Below, piece after piece: positions 37,231 through 50,869 of a DNA stretch of 64,000 nucleotides. The notes below the pieces were generated by a model. The model searched no databases and was not told the origin of the DNA. It saw only the letters and a program-made list of their open reading frames with translations. This DNA comes from Camelus ferus (lineage: Eukaryota). The translations under genes and the position numbers were made by a program. The DNA is taken from the NCBI RefSeq assembly GCF_009834535.1, contig NC_045697.1, positions 117,244,001 to 117,308,000 of the forward strand, read 5' to 3'. Numbering within the stretch: the stretch's first letter is position 1; the number at the start of each line of letters is the position of its first letter.

Positions 37231-39699
37231 TATTTATAATGTTAGCTCCTCCAAAGTAACGTTGGTGACCCCAGTTGATTACTGTTGGCTGGAGAGCTTC
37301 CGATGCAAATCAGACCGATTTATCATTTTTATTCCATAAATAGTAATCAAATAATTTTATGGATTAAAGTGTTTGTCAGGATAGACACAGGAAGCATCTA
37401 ACCCCCACGGATTTGATAGAATAGCAATAAAGATTAATATACACAGTAACGAGGAGCAATTGTGGAATTATTAGCAATGGCATTGAAATATTTCTGAAGT
37501 AAAGGATTTATGAGAGGCTTGTTTTCCTGATGCCATCCAAATAAATGTGAACTTTATAATCAAAATCCCAGATATTTCTGGGGAAAAAGATACTGTTTAC
37601 CATGAAATAATGATATGTGGGTGGTAAGGCCTAAATCAATTGCAATTGACTCTCATGCACAAGCTAAAATAACCAAGGTTGGAATAACCAAGTGGAGTTT
37701 TTGTGTTGTTTTTGTTTTGCATTTCTTTTTTGCACCATTTTGCTAAGCAGTAAATGTTCTTAAGTAAATATAAAGTTAAGTTATGGAATAACAATTCCTT
37801 TCATTTGCATGGTGTTATGCCATTTGTAGAATGCTGAAAATAAATGCATGAGAAAGCAATACAAAAAACAGTGGAGGTAAAGCGGATAAAGGATCCTAAT
37901 GGTAAAACCAGAAATAAAAAAATATATATATATAAAGCTAAGTTAGATAAGAGAGTAAATACCAACTCAATAATTAGTTCAGATAACTAGTCATATTTTA
38001 GAACCTTATATTAATACATTGTCATGTTGAAATAAAGAGCAGTCCTGAAGGGACAGGAAATCAGCATGATTATGGTTAATTTGGATGAAATGTTAACTGA
38101 TTCAAACCAGATCCTTTTATATCCTGGTATTAGACATGATATAATTCTTCAGGCTGTGATGTTTTATTCTTTGGAACTATTACCTTCTCTACATGCTACG
38201 TTACCAACCTGATGACCATTCCCATTGGCTCCATGCAGTTTGCCTCTTCCACACCTGTCATAAGGAAATCGGCATTCTTCGTTCCCAGAGCTCTGAGTCT
38301 CCACTTCAATTTTACAGTAAATGAACTAACGTGAATGTTTATGTTACCTGTATGATAATCAGGAAAAATGTATCCATGGATTTTCTTAAACTGTGCATCT
38401 ATTAAGTTCCCTGAAATTGGTTTTGGTTTTAAAGCAGAGTTAACGGGTGAGAGGTAGGACACTCCAGGTCCCCTACAATTCCATCCCTTCCTGTCTTGGA
38501 AACTGAGTACACATGTCCCCTTCTGCCTTCTAAGGAACCTGCATCCCCAGTAACTAACAGGTGAAGTTTTTGGATCACCTCAGCAGGGACATGACAACGG
38601 CAAAGTGATGGAAGCTGGCCCACCCAGAATGCGGGAAAAAAATTCCCAACCAGAGGGAGGGAAATTGTCTAGAAGTTGCCAAGAAATTGTCTACAGAGAA
38701 GCAAAAGCGTAATAATGTCAACTCAAATCAGTCTACTTTTTATTATCGCCAAGCGTCGGCAATTCTAAATAATGTCAATAATAATGTTCTCCAGCCCCAA
38801 ACGTTTTTGCTGCGATAAGCTCTGAACAATCAGTCATTGCTGTGTTGTCCCTTCACACGTGACAGCATTCTTTGCACGCTGCTTGTAACTAACAGTGCTT
38901 ACTACATAGATATATACAGGTTCAAGTGAATGAAATCATCTTCTCCACATCTCCCATGTGTTCTTTACACTATAAAACATGCAAAATAAAAGGAATTCTG
39001 TTGAAAGGAGAAACAGACACTAGAGGCAAGAAATTCCACTTGAATAATTCAAATTATTACTTTTAAAATCTCATTGTGACAAGATATATTCTTTGGTATC
39101 TTTTATCTATACTCTTCTGGAAATGCACAAACATTTTTAAACCTTTATCCCTTAAGATATAACTCAGGTTGATAAAAAACAATTAAGGGAAGTTCCTTGA
39201 GAATCTTTACAGATATGTCTTACTGTTCTATCTTCCAGCCTAAATTTTCATAAAGAAATATATTTTGAATGCATTTTGTTATTCAATTCATTGAGTAGAA
39301 CCATTTCTTAACAAGATATTCTAAAGGCGTTGGCTTTTTTGAAAGAACAGAGGATCGTTTGCAACTAGCACAACCAGCAGGAGTTCTGGGTGCTTCTACA
39401 TTTTAAATCAATGCTGCTCATCACCCCCCACAAATAGTAGTGATTTTTAAGTTTATGAGCCTTGAAGCCTTGAATTAATAAAAATTTATGTTAGTTATAT
39501 AACAGCACCGGCTAATCAGAGTAAGAGTAAGATTAGGTTCTAAGCCTGCAAGGAATAAAATCATATTAATCACCAGTATTTTTAAATGTTGAAATAACTG
39601 GCATCTTAGTGAGAAAAACTTTAGTGATGTAAAAATGAAGACCTATTTCCCAGTGTGCTTCCAGTATCAGTAAGAAGGGTTAACTTTGGCAAAAAACGA

Positions 39700-39900
39700 T
39701 TTTATGTGACAGCCTGTTTTAATTGCTTTGTTTGCATTATCTCCTTTATTCCTCATTAACAATCCCATGAAGCTGGGAACATTACTATTCTCATTTTATG
39801 GAGCAAATGAAAATGATAAAAAGTGAAGAACTAGCCTAAGGCAACACAGTTCTAAGTAGCTGATAGGAATTCAGTCAGCTGACTCCAGAGCTAAACATGT
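39700..39900 (-). mobile_element. MIR SINE
   Basis: ATCTCCTTTATTCCTCATTAACAATCCCATGA...CTCATTTTATGG...CCTAAGGCAACACAG...GACTCCAGAGC. Confidence 0.75.
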
Positions 39901-41379
39901 CCTGAAATCATTCTGCACTAAATATGACCTCAAACTTTAACCGCGGAGACTTCTCAGGATGATAAATCACAAATAGAAATTTAGTTTGTTAGTATTTGTA
40001 ACATAGTTATTTATTAAGGGAAAAATAGCCATTCAAAACACTAGATGGAAATAATCAATTAGATTTCAGTACTTTTCAGTAGGACACATTGAAATTAGAC
40101 ATCAAGGTATATTGGACTTCCAGGTAGCTGAAGACAATGCCAGTTGCCTCATTCCACATCTCCCAATACCCTCTCCATAAACAAAACAGAACAACAATAA
40201 TAAAAAAGAAAAATTAAACATTCACTCACACACACACACAAAAGCAAGTCCTCAGCAAAGTGTGAAAATAAAGAATGCACAAACTTCAAAAACCTATGAT
40301 TTAGAAAGGAAAAAGGAAACAGCACACCAAATCTCATCAAGCAAACTCTTGCATACCTATCTTGCCCCAGTCTTTTACATCAAACAAGGGCAGGGTAAGA
40401 AAAATTGCAGGAAGGAGAAGGAAGCCAACAACAGGCCAAAAGTTGCTACCGCACCATAGATAGAAAGAGGAAATTCACCTTAAGTGTGAAAATGCAAAAG
40501 GATGTCCCAACAGAGCACAGCAGAGAGAACAAAGCAGAAACTGAAAGATACATGTGATTTGAAACACTGGTCTTTGAACAACAGAGCTTCTTGGAGGGAA
40601 AAAAAGAAGTGAGAGGCATTCATTGACCAACAGGTGGTGAAAAGTACGAAGCCAAAAATACGACTGAGGATTCAACAAGCGAAAAGAGAATAAAAAAATC
40701 AGCTAACACAAGAACCATCACTACCCACAGAAGTATCAAACCAAAGAAGCTGACTTTGCCACACTTTCACTGGACCAAGAGTCTCTGGAAATCATCTCAA
40801 ATTTAAAAGCATAAAAAGAAAAGAACTTAAATCTCTGCAAAGATATAACAATTTTTTTAAATGAGATTCAACGCTCTTCAATTAAGAAATCCTCCATTCC
40901 TTGCCCACCAAAAATCAACCAAGAAGCACATTAAACAAAAAACCAAACAACAGCAACTAAAAAAAATACAGGACACTCAAAACTGAATTAAGTACAAGCC
41001 AGCAAACATTTGAAGATTAAAAACCAAAAAACAAAACAAACAAATACCTGAGGTGCAAATGCAAAAATTAAAAAGAGAGATGAGTAAAAACTAAGGTATA
41101 AATAAGAACACAGTGGAATAAAAGACAAAATTATCTCAGAAATAATTACTAAAATAGACAGTGACCAAAGGATATTTGATTCAAGTGAAAATTTAGTAAG
41201 GTCACTGAAGAAAGTCAAGAAAATACCCAAGAGAATGTAATTGAGATAAGGGAAGAACTAAATAGGTCAGAAAAAGTGGTGGAAATATAAGACAAGCAAA
41301 GGAGTATTTATACAACAGCAGTCCATGAAGGAGAACAAAACATATTAGCATTTTAAAAATAGAACCTAAGAAAATTTTA

Positions 41380-41435
41380 TAGTAATAGAAGACCTGAATA
41401 TAACTATTGTAGTAATAAAAGAACTGAATATAACT
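41380..41435. repeat. 30-bp tandem duplication inside L1
   Basis: TAGTAATAGAAGACCTGAATATAACT(ATTG) followed by TAGTAATAAAAGAACTGAATATAACT. Confidence 0.85.
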
Positions 41436-41760
41436 GAGTGCATAAGTAAATTAACCCCAAACTATCAACTCTGACACATAATTGTGGAAAAATGACTTGA
41501 CTTCAACAATGAAGAATACATCTTCAGTGCCTCTAGACATTTGTGTGTATGTGTGTGCATACGTGTAATTACATGACTAGAAAAAGACAGGAAAAAGGGT
41601 AGAATACTTTTATGTGACTATCATAGACAATAGTGGCAATGTTATAGAAAAATTGCAATTAAAACTGGAAAAGGGGAGGAGATAAGAAGAGAATAGAAGA
41701 AACTCATTGATTGTCATACAGGCAATTCATGTGGATAAAAGATAATACTAAAAACTGACA

Positions 41761-41972
41761 TACCAGGATTTCAAAATTGTAGAATAGGTAAACAAGATTA
41801 TACTGTATAGCACAGGAAAATACACACAAAACGTTATGGTAGCTCACAGAGAAAAAAATGTGACAATGAGTGTGTATATGTCCATATATGACTGAAAAAT
41901 TGTGCTGAACACTGGAATTTGACACAACATTGTAAAATGATTATAAATCAATAAAAAATGTTAAAAAAAAAA
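41761..41972 (+). mobile_element. Young L1 3' tip nested in the old L1
   Basis: Close reverse complement of about 59088-59290, with poly(A). TSD AAAAACTGACA / AAAACCTGACA. Confidence 0.92.
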
Positions 41973-44900
41973 CCTGACAAACTAGTAGAATATTGAATAA
42001 CAAAACTGAGGACCAAAAGCTTTAAAAGTTAAAAACATACTACAGTAAAAGTACTAGAGTAAAAAAAAACTACTAGTAAAACATCGTGTAAATACAACCA
42101 AACCTTCTTAATTATCAAAAATTAGGCAAGTTAAGAACAAAATACACATCTCATAGAAAAAGAAGCATAGCAAATATAACACACATAAAACATCTTGACA
42201 GAGCTGAGAACATATTAACTCACCTACTGAAAGAAAACATCCAAAATTACTCTGTGCACAAAAAACATACGTAAAACACATGGACTCTGAAAGCTGACAT
42301 GAAAGAGAAGCACAAAGGCACATGGGCAACTGGAGACGTAAGAAAGAGGTCCAGTGACCCTCACTAGAAATAAGCCCAAAATACATTAAACATGACAAAG
42401 AAAAGCCTTGTTTAATGTGAAAAGTCACCATTCGCAGTGCAGATATGACACAAACACAACAAGAGTTGCAAAGAGCCAGATCAAAACACATCCGTAAAAG
42501 GCGATTTTCATACACTTCTCTCAAAATAAGACAAGTCGAGTGGACAAAAATAAATAAGCACATAGAAGACCTAAGCAACATACTCCCTGCAGTGGATTTT
42601 ATGGATGGCTGTTAAACTTGACACCCTGATAACTGAAAAGATACCTTCTTAAGCACTCATGTGACATTCACAAAATTCATCATGTATTAAGTTACACACA
42701 CACAGAAAATCACTAGATTCTGTAAAGTAGGCTTATTAAACAACAATCTCTCATCAAAATAGAATAAAAATTATTAACCAAAATGGAAACCAGCAACTAA
42801 ATCAAAAGCAAAAAGGAAAGGTAAAATCCTAATATTAAAAAATTAAAGTAAAAAGGAAAGTAAACTATATTACTTGTATTTATGATATCTGTTAAGGCAA
42901 AGATCAGGAAAAACCCACTAAACTCTTTTTTAGTAAAAGTTAAGGCGTTAAATGAACAAAATTTAAAAGTAATAATAAAGTATAAAAATATAAGAAGTAA
43001 AGAAAGTATAAAATAAATTGTACAAGTATTTTATAAAAATCTTGATTAAAATTTTATTTTTTAATGAATCGAATATAATTGTGAGCTCAAAAATAAGAAA
43101 AGGAAGAAGTAAATCAAAAGAAAGAGAAGGGGAAGAAATCACTAAAATTTTCTTAAAAACTAATGAAATAGAGAATAGAAAAATAATAGGCCTATTTAAC
43201 ATTGAAATCCTGTTTGGGGGTTTGATTTGTTTTGTTTGGTTTTGTTTTGTTTAAGTAACCAATGAAAGAAATCACTGCATAATTTGCTTAAGAAAGAAAA
43301 TGAGAAAAATACAAACACAAAAAATGGAAAAAAGTCAAAGGGACATAACCATTTAAAGAGCAAAGATTTTTTAAAAATCCTAAGAGATTACTTTGCAAAC
43401 ACAGTGTGCAAATAACTTTGAATGAATGATTAAATAAACATCACCATTTGGCAAAAGCCACAATTAATAACTTTCAGGCAAGAATTATCAATGGATGCTG
43501 AACTTTGTGGGTTAACCAGGATGAAAAACAGGCTTTTTAAAATTTATTTAAATGGTTTCAAATATTTCCCCAGTACATTCTTTCTAATTGCAAAGGGGCT
43601 AATGTAAATTTATAGTGGAGGAACCAAGACCACACCCCTTATACAAAGCAATAACAATTAACACCCAAAATGGACCAAATCAACATCATATTGATATGAT
43701 ACCCTGAGAAATGTGGGTCATCAGTTTATTGTATTCCTGTTAAAAGTACATAAGTTGAATTTAGTCACGAGGAAGCATCAGACAAAACCAAATTGATGAG
43801 GATTCTGCAAAATACCTGTTCAGAACTTACAAAGCTAGAATAGTCCTGAAAGACAAGTGTTAAGAAACTATCCTAAGTTCGAAGGACACATAACTAAATG
43901 CAGTGTTATCCTGGAGTATTTTCTGATCCAGAAAAAAAAAAACATTAGAAGGACAACTGATGAATTTTGAATAAAGTCTGTAAAAGTAGTTCATAGAGTT
44001 GTATCATTGTTAATTGCCTGGTTTTTAATAACTGAATTACAACCGCAGAACGTTAATATTTGAGGAGGCTGGGTGGCAAGGGCTTTTTATTATATTTTTT
44101 GCAAATTTACTGTCTGATTTTATTTCTAAACAAAACTTTAAAAACTAAAAACATAATGAACAAATGAACTTAAGGAAAGAAAATCTTTTTTAAATCTTTA
44201 ACAATCTAGAATCATATAAAAACAATAAATTAATTTTGGATTTGGGCACACTATTTTTTTTTTCTAGATAAACTAAAGAACAACATACTTAGTAGGTAAA
44301 GCTAAATATTGATTTGACAAAGAATCTATTTTTATTTCTGGAATATAAGTCAAGGTGAAAAATAATTTAAGAATGAGAATTTATTAATATATAGATAAAC
44401 ATAGGGCAATAACTTAGAATGTAAATATCTGTCAGGACATATAAAAGTAATTCACTTATAAAAAAAGGAAGATACTTGATAATATATATTTTAAATAAAT
44501 TTAAATAAAGATTGGGTTTTTTTGGTCAGTTAACCAATAGGAGTTTAGATCATCAATTTTCATCCACTTATTTTATGTTATTTAAAAGACACACTATGTA
44601 TATGATTTAAGTATATCTACATATATAATAGTTTTGCATTGTAAAGGACAAAAATCTTCATTCTTACCAAAATATCACTTCAGGGCTTTGGGTTTGTTTG
44701 TTTGTTTGTTTGTTTTGGTGGGTTTTTTAAAAAATTTTTTGGTAATTTATGGGAAAAGAATAGATAATTTGATGGCATGATAAAAAAAAGCTTAATTACT
44801 CAGTTGCTTATAATAAGAAACAGGATAAAGATGAGAAGGAATATTTTGTTCGGGGCAGCTGTATCCTAGGAAGCTTTATTTAAAATACTCATTGTGAATT

Positions 44901-45944
44901 TAACAGAAGTATTTAGCTCTAAGACAACAAATAGATTGAACTACCAATTTACGTAGCAAAACATCTTAAATTTCTATTTTAAATCTGTATTTTTAAAGGG
45001 ATTTAATGGAAGGTTATCTCCAGCTGACAAATTACACATGCCAGCTTCAAGCTAGTTAATCATCCTGGAAAAACCAGCCTTCCTTGCCGTTCCACTGACA
45101 ACCCACCTGCAGGTAACTGAGTCTGGCTTCCACTGTTCCTCTTAAGATTTAAAGGATTTAAAATGCACAGCACTACAGTGTGATATTAGCACTGATGCAC
45201 TGCAATTCCGCACACATAAACTCGGAGGATTTAAAATAAATCGGTTGAGATAAAATGAAGATGATTTTTAAACAAATCTTGTTTAAGAACCGTGAACTTC
45301 AGTGTAAGATCCACAGTGCCCAAGGCAGACCACGACCAAGTTCATCTATTATAAGGCCAAGCTCTTAAAATTGGCAGACTGTAAATCAGTATTTATTGTG
45401 GGATTAAGAGAGATCCCCTACATGTGGTGAACTTCCTGGGTAAAACAAACAAGGACGGGCCATAAAAACATTAAACAGTTTATCAGTTATGCTAATCACA
45501 TAACCAGGACCCCATCTACCTGCATTTAAAAAGACACCAGCCATTTATTATCATCACAGACAGTCAACGGGATTGAGGTCAAACAGCACCTGCCAGGGGT
45601 CCATCAAGACATCATATTTTAGTTTCAACGTGGAGAATAATATTCATATTTGTCTTAGTGAATTTGGATGACCTCAACCCAAATCTTCAGGAAAATTACC
45701 TTTTCAGTCAACTATTAGAAAAACTGAAATAATCTCAGGCTAATGATCCCAATGAAACCTTTGTCAAGTCATAATTTTATGCTTTCAGAAAGATGGGCTT
45801 ACAAAGGGAGTATTATTAAAAAGTCCTTTATATCTGAGGTTAAATTTTTAAAAAAATATCTGAGAAAAGAAAGCAACAATGATCATAAGCAAAAAATACG
45901 GGGAAAGAGCAGCAGTTGCATGGGTCATTTTTTAAAAAATAAAA

Positions 45945-46138
45945 TTCTTATTTTTTATTGAGTTTACAATGTTAGTTTCAGGTGGACAGCAAAGCGATTC
46001 AGTTATGTATATACATACATATATTGTTTTTTTTTTATTCTTCTCCAATTCAGCTCATTACAAGAAATTGAATATAGTTTCCTGTGCTCTACATTAGTTT
46101 GGGATTAATAGATACATATTACTGTGTATAAAATAGAC
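45945..46138 (-). mobile_element. Short L1 3' end with 5' inversion
   Basis: Antisense tip to about 46096, then sense AGTTTGGGATTAATAGATACATATTACTGTGTATAAAATAGA. Confidence 0.85.
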
Positions 46139-46222
46139 ACCTGAATTATTTTTAAAACTGAACTTTATGAACGGTAAACCAAAATAAATTACCCAGAGTT
46201 GTTTAGCATTTGTCAGTCTTAG

Positions 46223-46329
46223 TAGGGTTAACGTATCTGTGTATTCTGGCTTGCCTGTAGTTCCAGAATCATTATTAAAATGCCTCCTTTTGTTTTCAAA
46301 ATGCCCGGTTTAGTTACACAGTCTCCATA
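46223..46329. mobile_element. MER94-like hAT-Blackjack element
   Basis: TAGGGTTAAC...GCCTGTAGTTCCAGAATCATTATTAAAATGCCTCCTTT...CAAAATGCCCGGTTT. Confidence 0.65.
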
Positions 46330-46529
46330 CTATAACCCACACAATGGGGAATTCAGTGAGTCATCAGTGTTGAAGAATCGCCAGCAAATTAACTGACATC
46401 CTGATGGCGTTCTCATTAGCTCACCTGCACATTTAAGGCAAATGCTCGACCTTAAACCTCACATCATCACTTAAGAAAAAGGAGCCCATTTACTGAAAAA
46501 ATAAAAAGAAGATACTTTGACTCCTTTGA

Positions 46530-46675
46530 GAACTTGTTCCTTACATTACGTCAGCCAGCCGGCAGTGTTGGCATCACCTGGAAGCTTGTTAGACCGCAGA
46601 TCTAGACGTGCTGACCCCACATCTCAACCAAATTGGAAGTGATTCATATGCACACTTTAATTTAAGAGCCACTGG
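46530..46675. mobile_element. MER5A-like fragment
   Basis: GGCATCACCTGGAAGCTTGTTAGA...GTGATTCATATGCACAC...TTTAAGAGCCACTG. Confidence 0.72.
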
Positions 46676-47628
46676 TGTTCAGGTCACCCAGGCAGAAAGC
46701 TGCGTGAATCCAAGCTTGCTTCCTGTCTAGATGTGTCTGGGCTACCGACACCCCCACCTTCTGGAGTGTGGCTCGACAGAGTGGTACCCTTCACCTCTCA
46801 GCCAAGGATAACTGATAGGAGGAGGATTTACTTTCCAGGTGAATCCCTAACGAGATCAACGTACAACACCCAACTGCTTGCAGGAGCCACGCTGTCTCTC
46901 CCAGCTCCTGTGCTCAGTGCAGTCATCACCCTGCGAGCGATTATGTAAGAAACCGGGACGGGAAGGAGGCTCAGGGAGAATCTCATTGGCTTCTGTCCAC
47001 AGAATACCCACGCATGACTTGGAGCGCTCCAACTTCTACTGGATCAAAGCCTTTCTTATTTAGGAAAACACTTTATGAACCAAATCATCCTTTCAGATGG
47101 ATAGGATGAACTCCAAAACAGGTTTAACTTTTGTTTGTGGCACAATTTGAGTTAGAGCCACTATTTAAGTGTGCCATTGGGATCTATTTCCCACTTCCTC
47201 CCCCTGGATGGGTCAGGGAAGGGGTGGTAGGGGTCAGGTGCAGTAGATCGGACATGAAAATCGTTATCTGCAAAGGAAGGTTTGCATTAAATGCCTTAAA
47301 AGGATTCAAGCTTTTCTTTCCAACTCTCTAAAGTAGGTAATCATAATAAGAGATTTAAGAAATGTTCTTAATAACAGTAAATTTGCAAGTTGCTACTTAC
47401 CTTACCTTTTCTTTTTTCAGGCTTCAAAGATGGAGAAGCTGTTCACCAAAGAGTCTTTAAAAAGCCCTAAGATCACCACATGTGGAGAAGTCATTCAAAA
47501 GAGTGACAGGTCAAAATAAAGCAATTAATAGCCAGAGAGGAGAAAAAGAGTCTAATCAAACCAACGTGGAAAAGCAGATAATAGAGAATGTAGACTTAGC
47601 ATTTATAGAGACATTAGAAAGAAGAAAT

Positions 47629-47732
47629 GTTTTCTTTTCTTTTTCTCTTTTCTTTTCTTTTCTTCTCTTCCCTTCCCTTCCCTTCCCTTCCCTTCCCTTC
47701 CCTTCCCTTCCCTTCCCTTCCCTTCCTTTCTT
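47629..47732. repeat. Polypyrimidine / (CTTCC)n microsatellite
   Basis: (TTTTC)n grading into about 11-12 CTTCC units. Confidence 0.95.
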
Positions 47733-49739
47733 GCTACAAACTCAAAACACGTTAAGGAAAGGTATAAGCAAAGAGCTAGCATAAGGTAGGGGTCCAGCAA
47801 AGAAGATCTCACTTTTCTAGCGTTGAGAGTCATTGCACTTTCCCAATAAAGAGAACCTGGCACTATTATCTATGTTAAATATGTGTGTGAAATTGTATAG
47901 TTCTGGTAATCTTTTAAAATCTAGTCATTACAGCCATCAAGTTCTGAGTTAGACTTGCTGCGTGTTTCTGCATTTAAATATTTGAGTATCTTCATCTGAT
48001 TACTACCAGAAGGAAAAAAAATAAGGATCTTGCCTTAGCAAGTGCAGATGAATAACGCTTATTTCCTTCCGTGGGCTCCATACATTACATTAAGTTATTG
48101 GGAGCATTTTATTACATAAATTGGAAAGTTCTGCCGATATCAGAATCAATTACAGTGCACTACTTTCCCAATTAGTACACTGTTATTTGGCTCTTTTATT
48201 AGTTTTTCAAAAGGAAGGTGAGGAAGGTAAAATCTATGTAAGAAAAAGAAAGGGAAGACATGATGTGAGGATATTGGGAATGAGAAAAGAGATATTTAAT
48301 GTTAAACATAATATAAATAACAAGTATCATAAGTACAATATGTCTAAGTCTTGGGCCGAGGGGCTGATTTGTTTTCCAGCTACAGACATCATCCTAACAC
48401 AAGGTACAAATGTTCCTCATCCCACCCACTTTGATTCTCTTAAAGGAACAGATGGTTTCTCCAGTAAAAGTCTGTTGCTGTAAAAACTAGCCATGCACTG
48501 AGACAGTGCAGGGTCCCTCCATCAGAGTCAGATGGGTTATACTTCTAGTAAAGGGGAAAAAAAGCAGACGAACTTAAATTCTAGGTCAACGTGTACCCTG
48601 ATGTAGGTTACTCAAATTTTTTGCTAGCACTGTGAGACATAAATAGCAGACTCAGAAGCAAGGGTCAGAGCCTCAGATTTAAGAAGACCCCCTCTTTTAT
48701 TGTATTTCTTTGTGTCTTTCTCCTCTCCTTTGATAGCGTCAGACGCCCCTGCCCCACTTCTGTTCCCTTTCCTGATTCTTTTACTCACAATCACACATCA
48801 GGGGGCCCCAGTACATCTATTTCTTCTCACGATCATTACCCCTGACTCCGCTTATACCTTGTGTCTGGTGACAGCCTCACACGGGCATCCAGCCTCCAGT
48901 CCTGACTCATCCTCCACTCTTAGTCTAAAATACATTTTTACAGCTCCCACAGGGAAACGCATACATACAGATGCAAGAATCCATAGCTTCTACCCTCCTC
49001 AGGCTAAAACCATCCCTTGGTTTCTAAAACGTGGGCTGTGTTCCATGGAGGGCTAACCAGAAATATGGGATAATAAGAAAAGATCGCACACAGGCAACAG
49101 AGATCAAGAGTTCAGTACCAATTGGTGAGAGTGCATTAAACTTCTCGTTTGAAGGAGATGCAATGATTCTGCGAAGTTATCAAACAGTGTTTAATAAGTT
49201 ACCTTCTTCTAGATACTGCAATTCCCTGCATAGCTAAAATGTGAATAATCTCAAAAATGAAATGAAACACTATTTCTCCCCTTTGCTTCATAAAATATTT
49301 CAAAACTTCCTTTTAAATTTCTACTAATATATTCTAATGCCTGTTACTGTACATCAAAATTGCTGTTTAGGGATTCAAACCATGGCCCCACTTTTAAAAC
49401 CCCTTCTTTCCAAAAGTATAATCAGGTACATTAATAGATGGATATATTTGTCTTAAAATCCAGTATCTTTGGGATTTCGTGTGATAAAATACATTTCAAT
49501 TTGCTATTTTACAAATACAAAAAGACACAAACTCCTATTAATTTTATTATTTCATTTGAATTTAAATCTTTTATGTTATTCATCATAGGAATTGTAGATG
49601 ATATTTATAAATTATAAACATACCTTTTCAAATCCTCATTTTAGCTTTCAAGTGTATTTTGAGTTAGAGATGTAATATTCACCTGCCTTTTTTTTGTTGA
49701 TGTTGTTGTTGTTATGGAGAAAACAAAGATTCAATAATC

Positions 49740-50400
49740 ACTTACTCAGTGTCTCTATGCTTGAGGAATTGATTGTTCAGAAGACAGATGACATAAATTA
49801 TGTAATGTGGCATGAGTGATCTGCAATGATAAACAACAGTTCAGGACAGCACAGGGGTTGGCTATGAAAAACAATCATGGAAGACTTCTTGGAAGAGGTG
49901 ATATATATATTCTGGGTCTTGCCAAATGGGTACAAGTACTGAGGGTGCTGAGAAGCCTGTGGATATTCTCTGCAGAAGGAGAAGTATGGTCAAATGTATA
50001 GAGGTATGAAATAATCCTATATTTTGAAGGAAAAAGTAGGAGGGTTTTTTTTTATAATTAGACTGCAAGATATGTTTGGATTTTGCTTGAGCATGTGGCT
50101 AACAAGAAGGAATGGACTTTGTGTAACTTGCTGAAGACTTGTTCTCATAGCAGATGGGGAACCAGTAAAAACATCTGAAAAAGAGCGAGATATGAAGTTT
50201 TGTGTTTTTTGTTTTTTTTTTTTTACAAAAAAGATATCCCGGGAGTATTTTGAATAACTGGTCAGACAGAGGGCAGGTAGTGCAGTCATGAGATGGCTGC
50301 AAAATTCCAGGGAAGGGTGAGGGCTTAGCAGCAGGGGAGGGAGTGATGCTTCAGGTCAGGGAGTAGTGAAGCTGTGGATCTGACCAGACATAGTGCATAC
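49740..50400 (-). mobile_element. L2 LINE fragment
   Basis: Purine-rich antisense L2-like text (...GATGGGGAACCAGTAAAAACATCTGAAAAAGAG...). Confidence 0.6.
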
Positions 50401-50869
50401 GTGCCAGCGAGAGAGGTGTGTCAATGTGACAAAGATCATAGTCACAGCTGCGCAGAGTAGGAAGAACACGTGGGGAAGGTGCTTTCTGGAGTACGTGGCT
50501 GCAGGTGTCCAGGGGCAGCTGTCAGAGCGAGGCTGCCCTTCCCTTGAGAGTGATCAAGAGACAGTTCCAAGCACTAGGACTGAGATGTCATTTCCCCCAC
50601 TTCCTCCACCATCAGTGGGACCAAAAAGGCTCGAGCCCCAGACACCCATCCATCCGACCACCCAGCCGCACAGCCTAGACATCTCCACCTGCCTGGAGTC
50701 AGCCAGGACTGAATTTATCCCGCCTTTCACGTCCCTTTTTATGTCAGCCACTGAAACAACACTCGACGCACAGGTCCCTCTCCACCTGATGAGCGCTGAG
50801 CTCCTTCAGACTCTAGGCATTGCCTTTGTGGTCCTTTCTGACCAAACCTCCAGCTGCTGAAGTTATTTA

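Larger units (their letters stand above)
40114..44150 (+). mobile_element. Old L1M sequence: 5' end, ORF1 and ORF2 endonuclease remnants, then an L1MC/MD-type 3'UTR (one deleted element or two adjacent ones)
   Basis: Strongly A-rich strand, GGACTTCC 5' start, endonuclease-region remnants at about 42200-42760, 3'UTR motifs at 43435-44150. Confidence 0.7.

Noticed and set aside
47421..47510. Possible 90-nt exon (CTTTTTTCAG acceptor, ASKMEKLFTKESLKSPKITTCGEVIQKSD)
   Set aside because: Weak donor (AG|GTCAAA), no recognised homology and no partner exons. RNA-seq would be needed.
47482..47863. ORFs with FPSLP / EGKGR repeats
   Set aside because: These are translations of the (CTTCC)n microsatellite.
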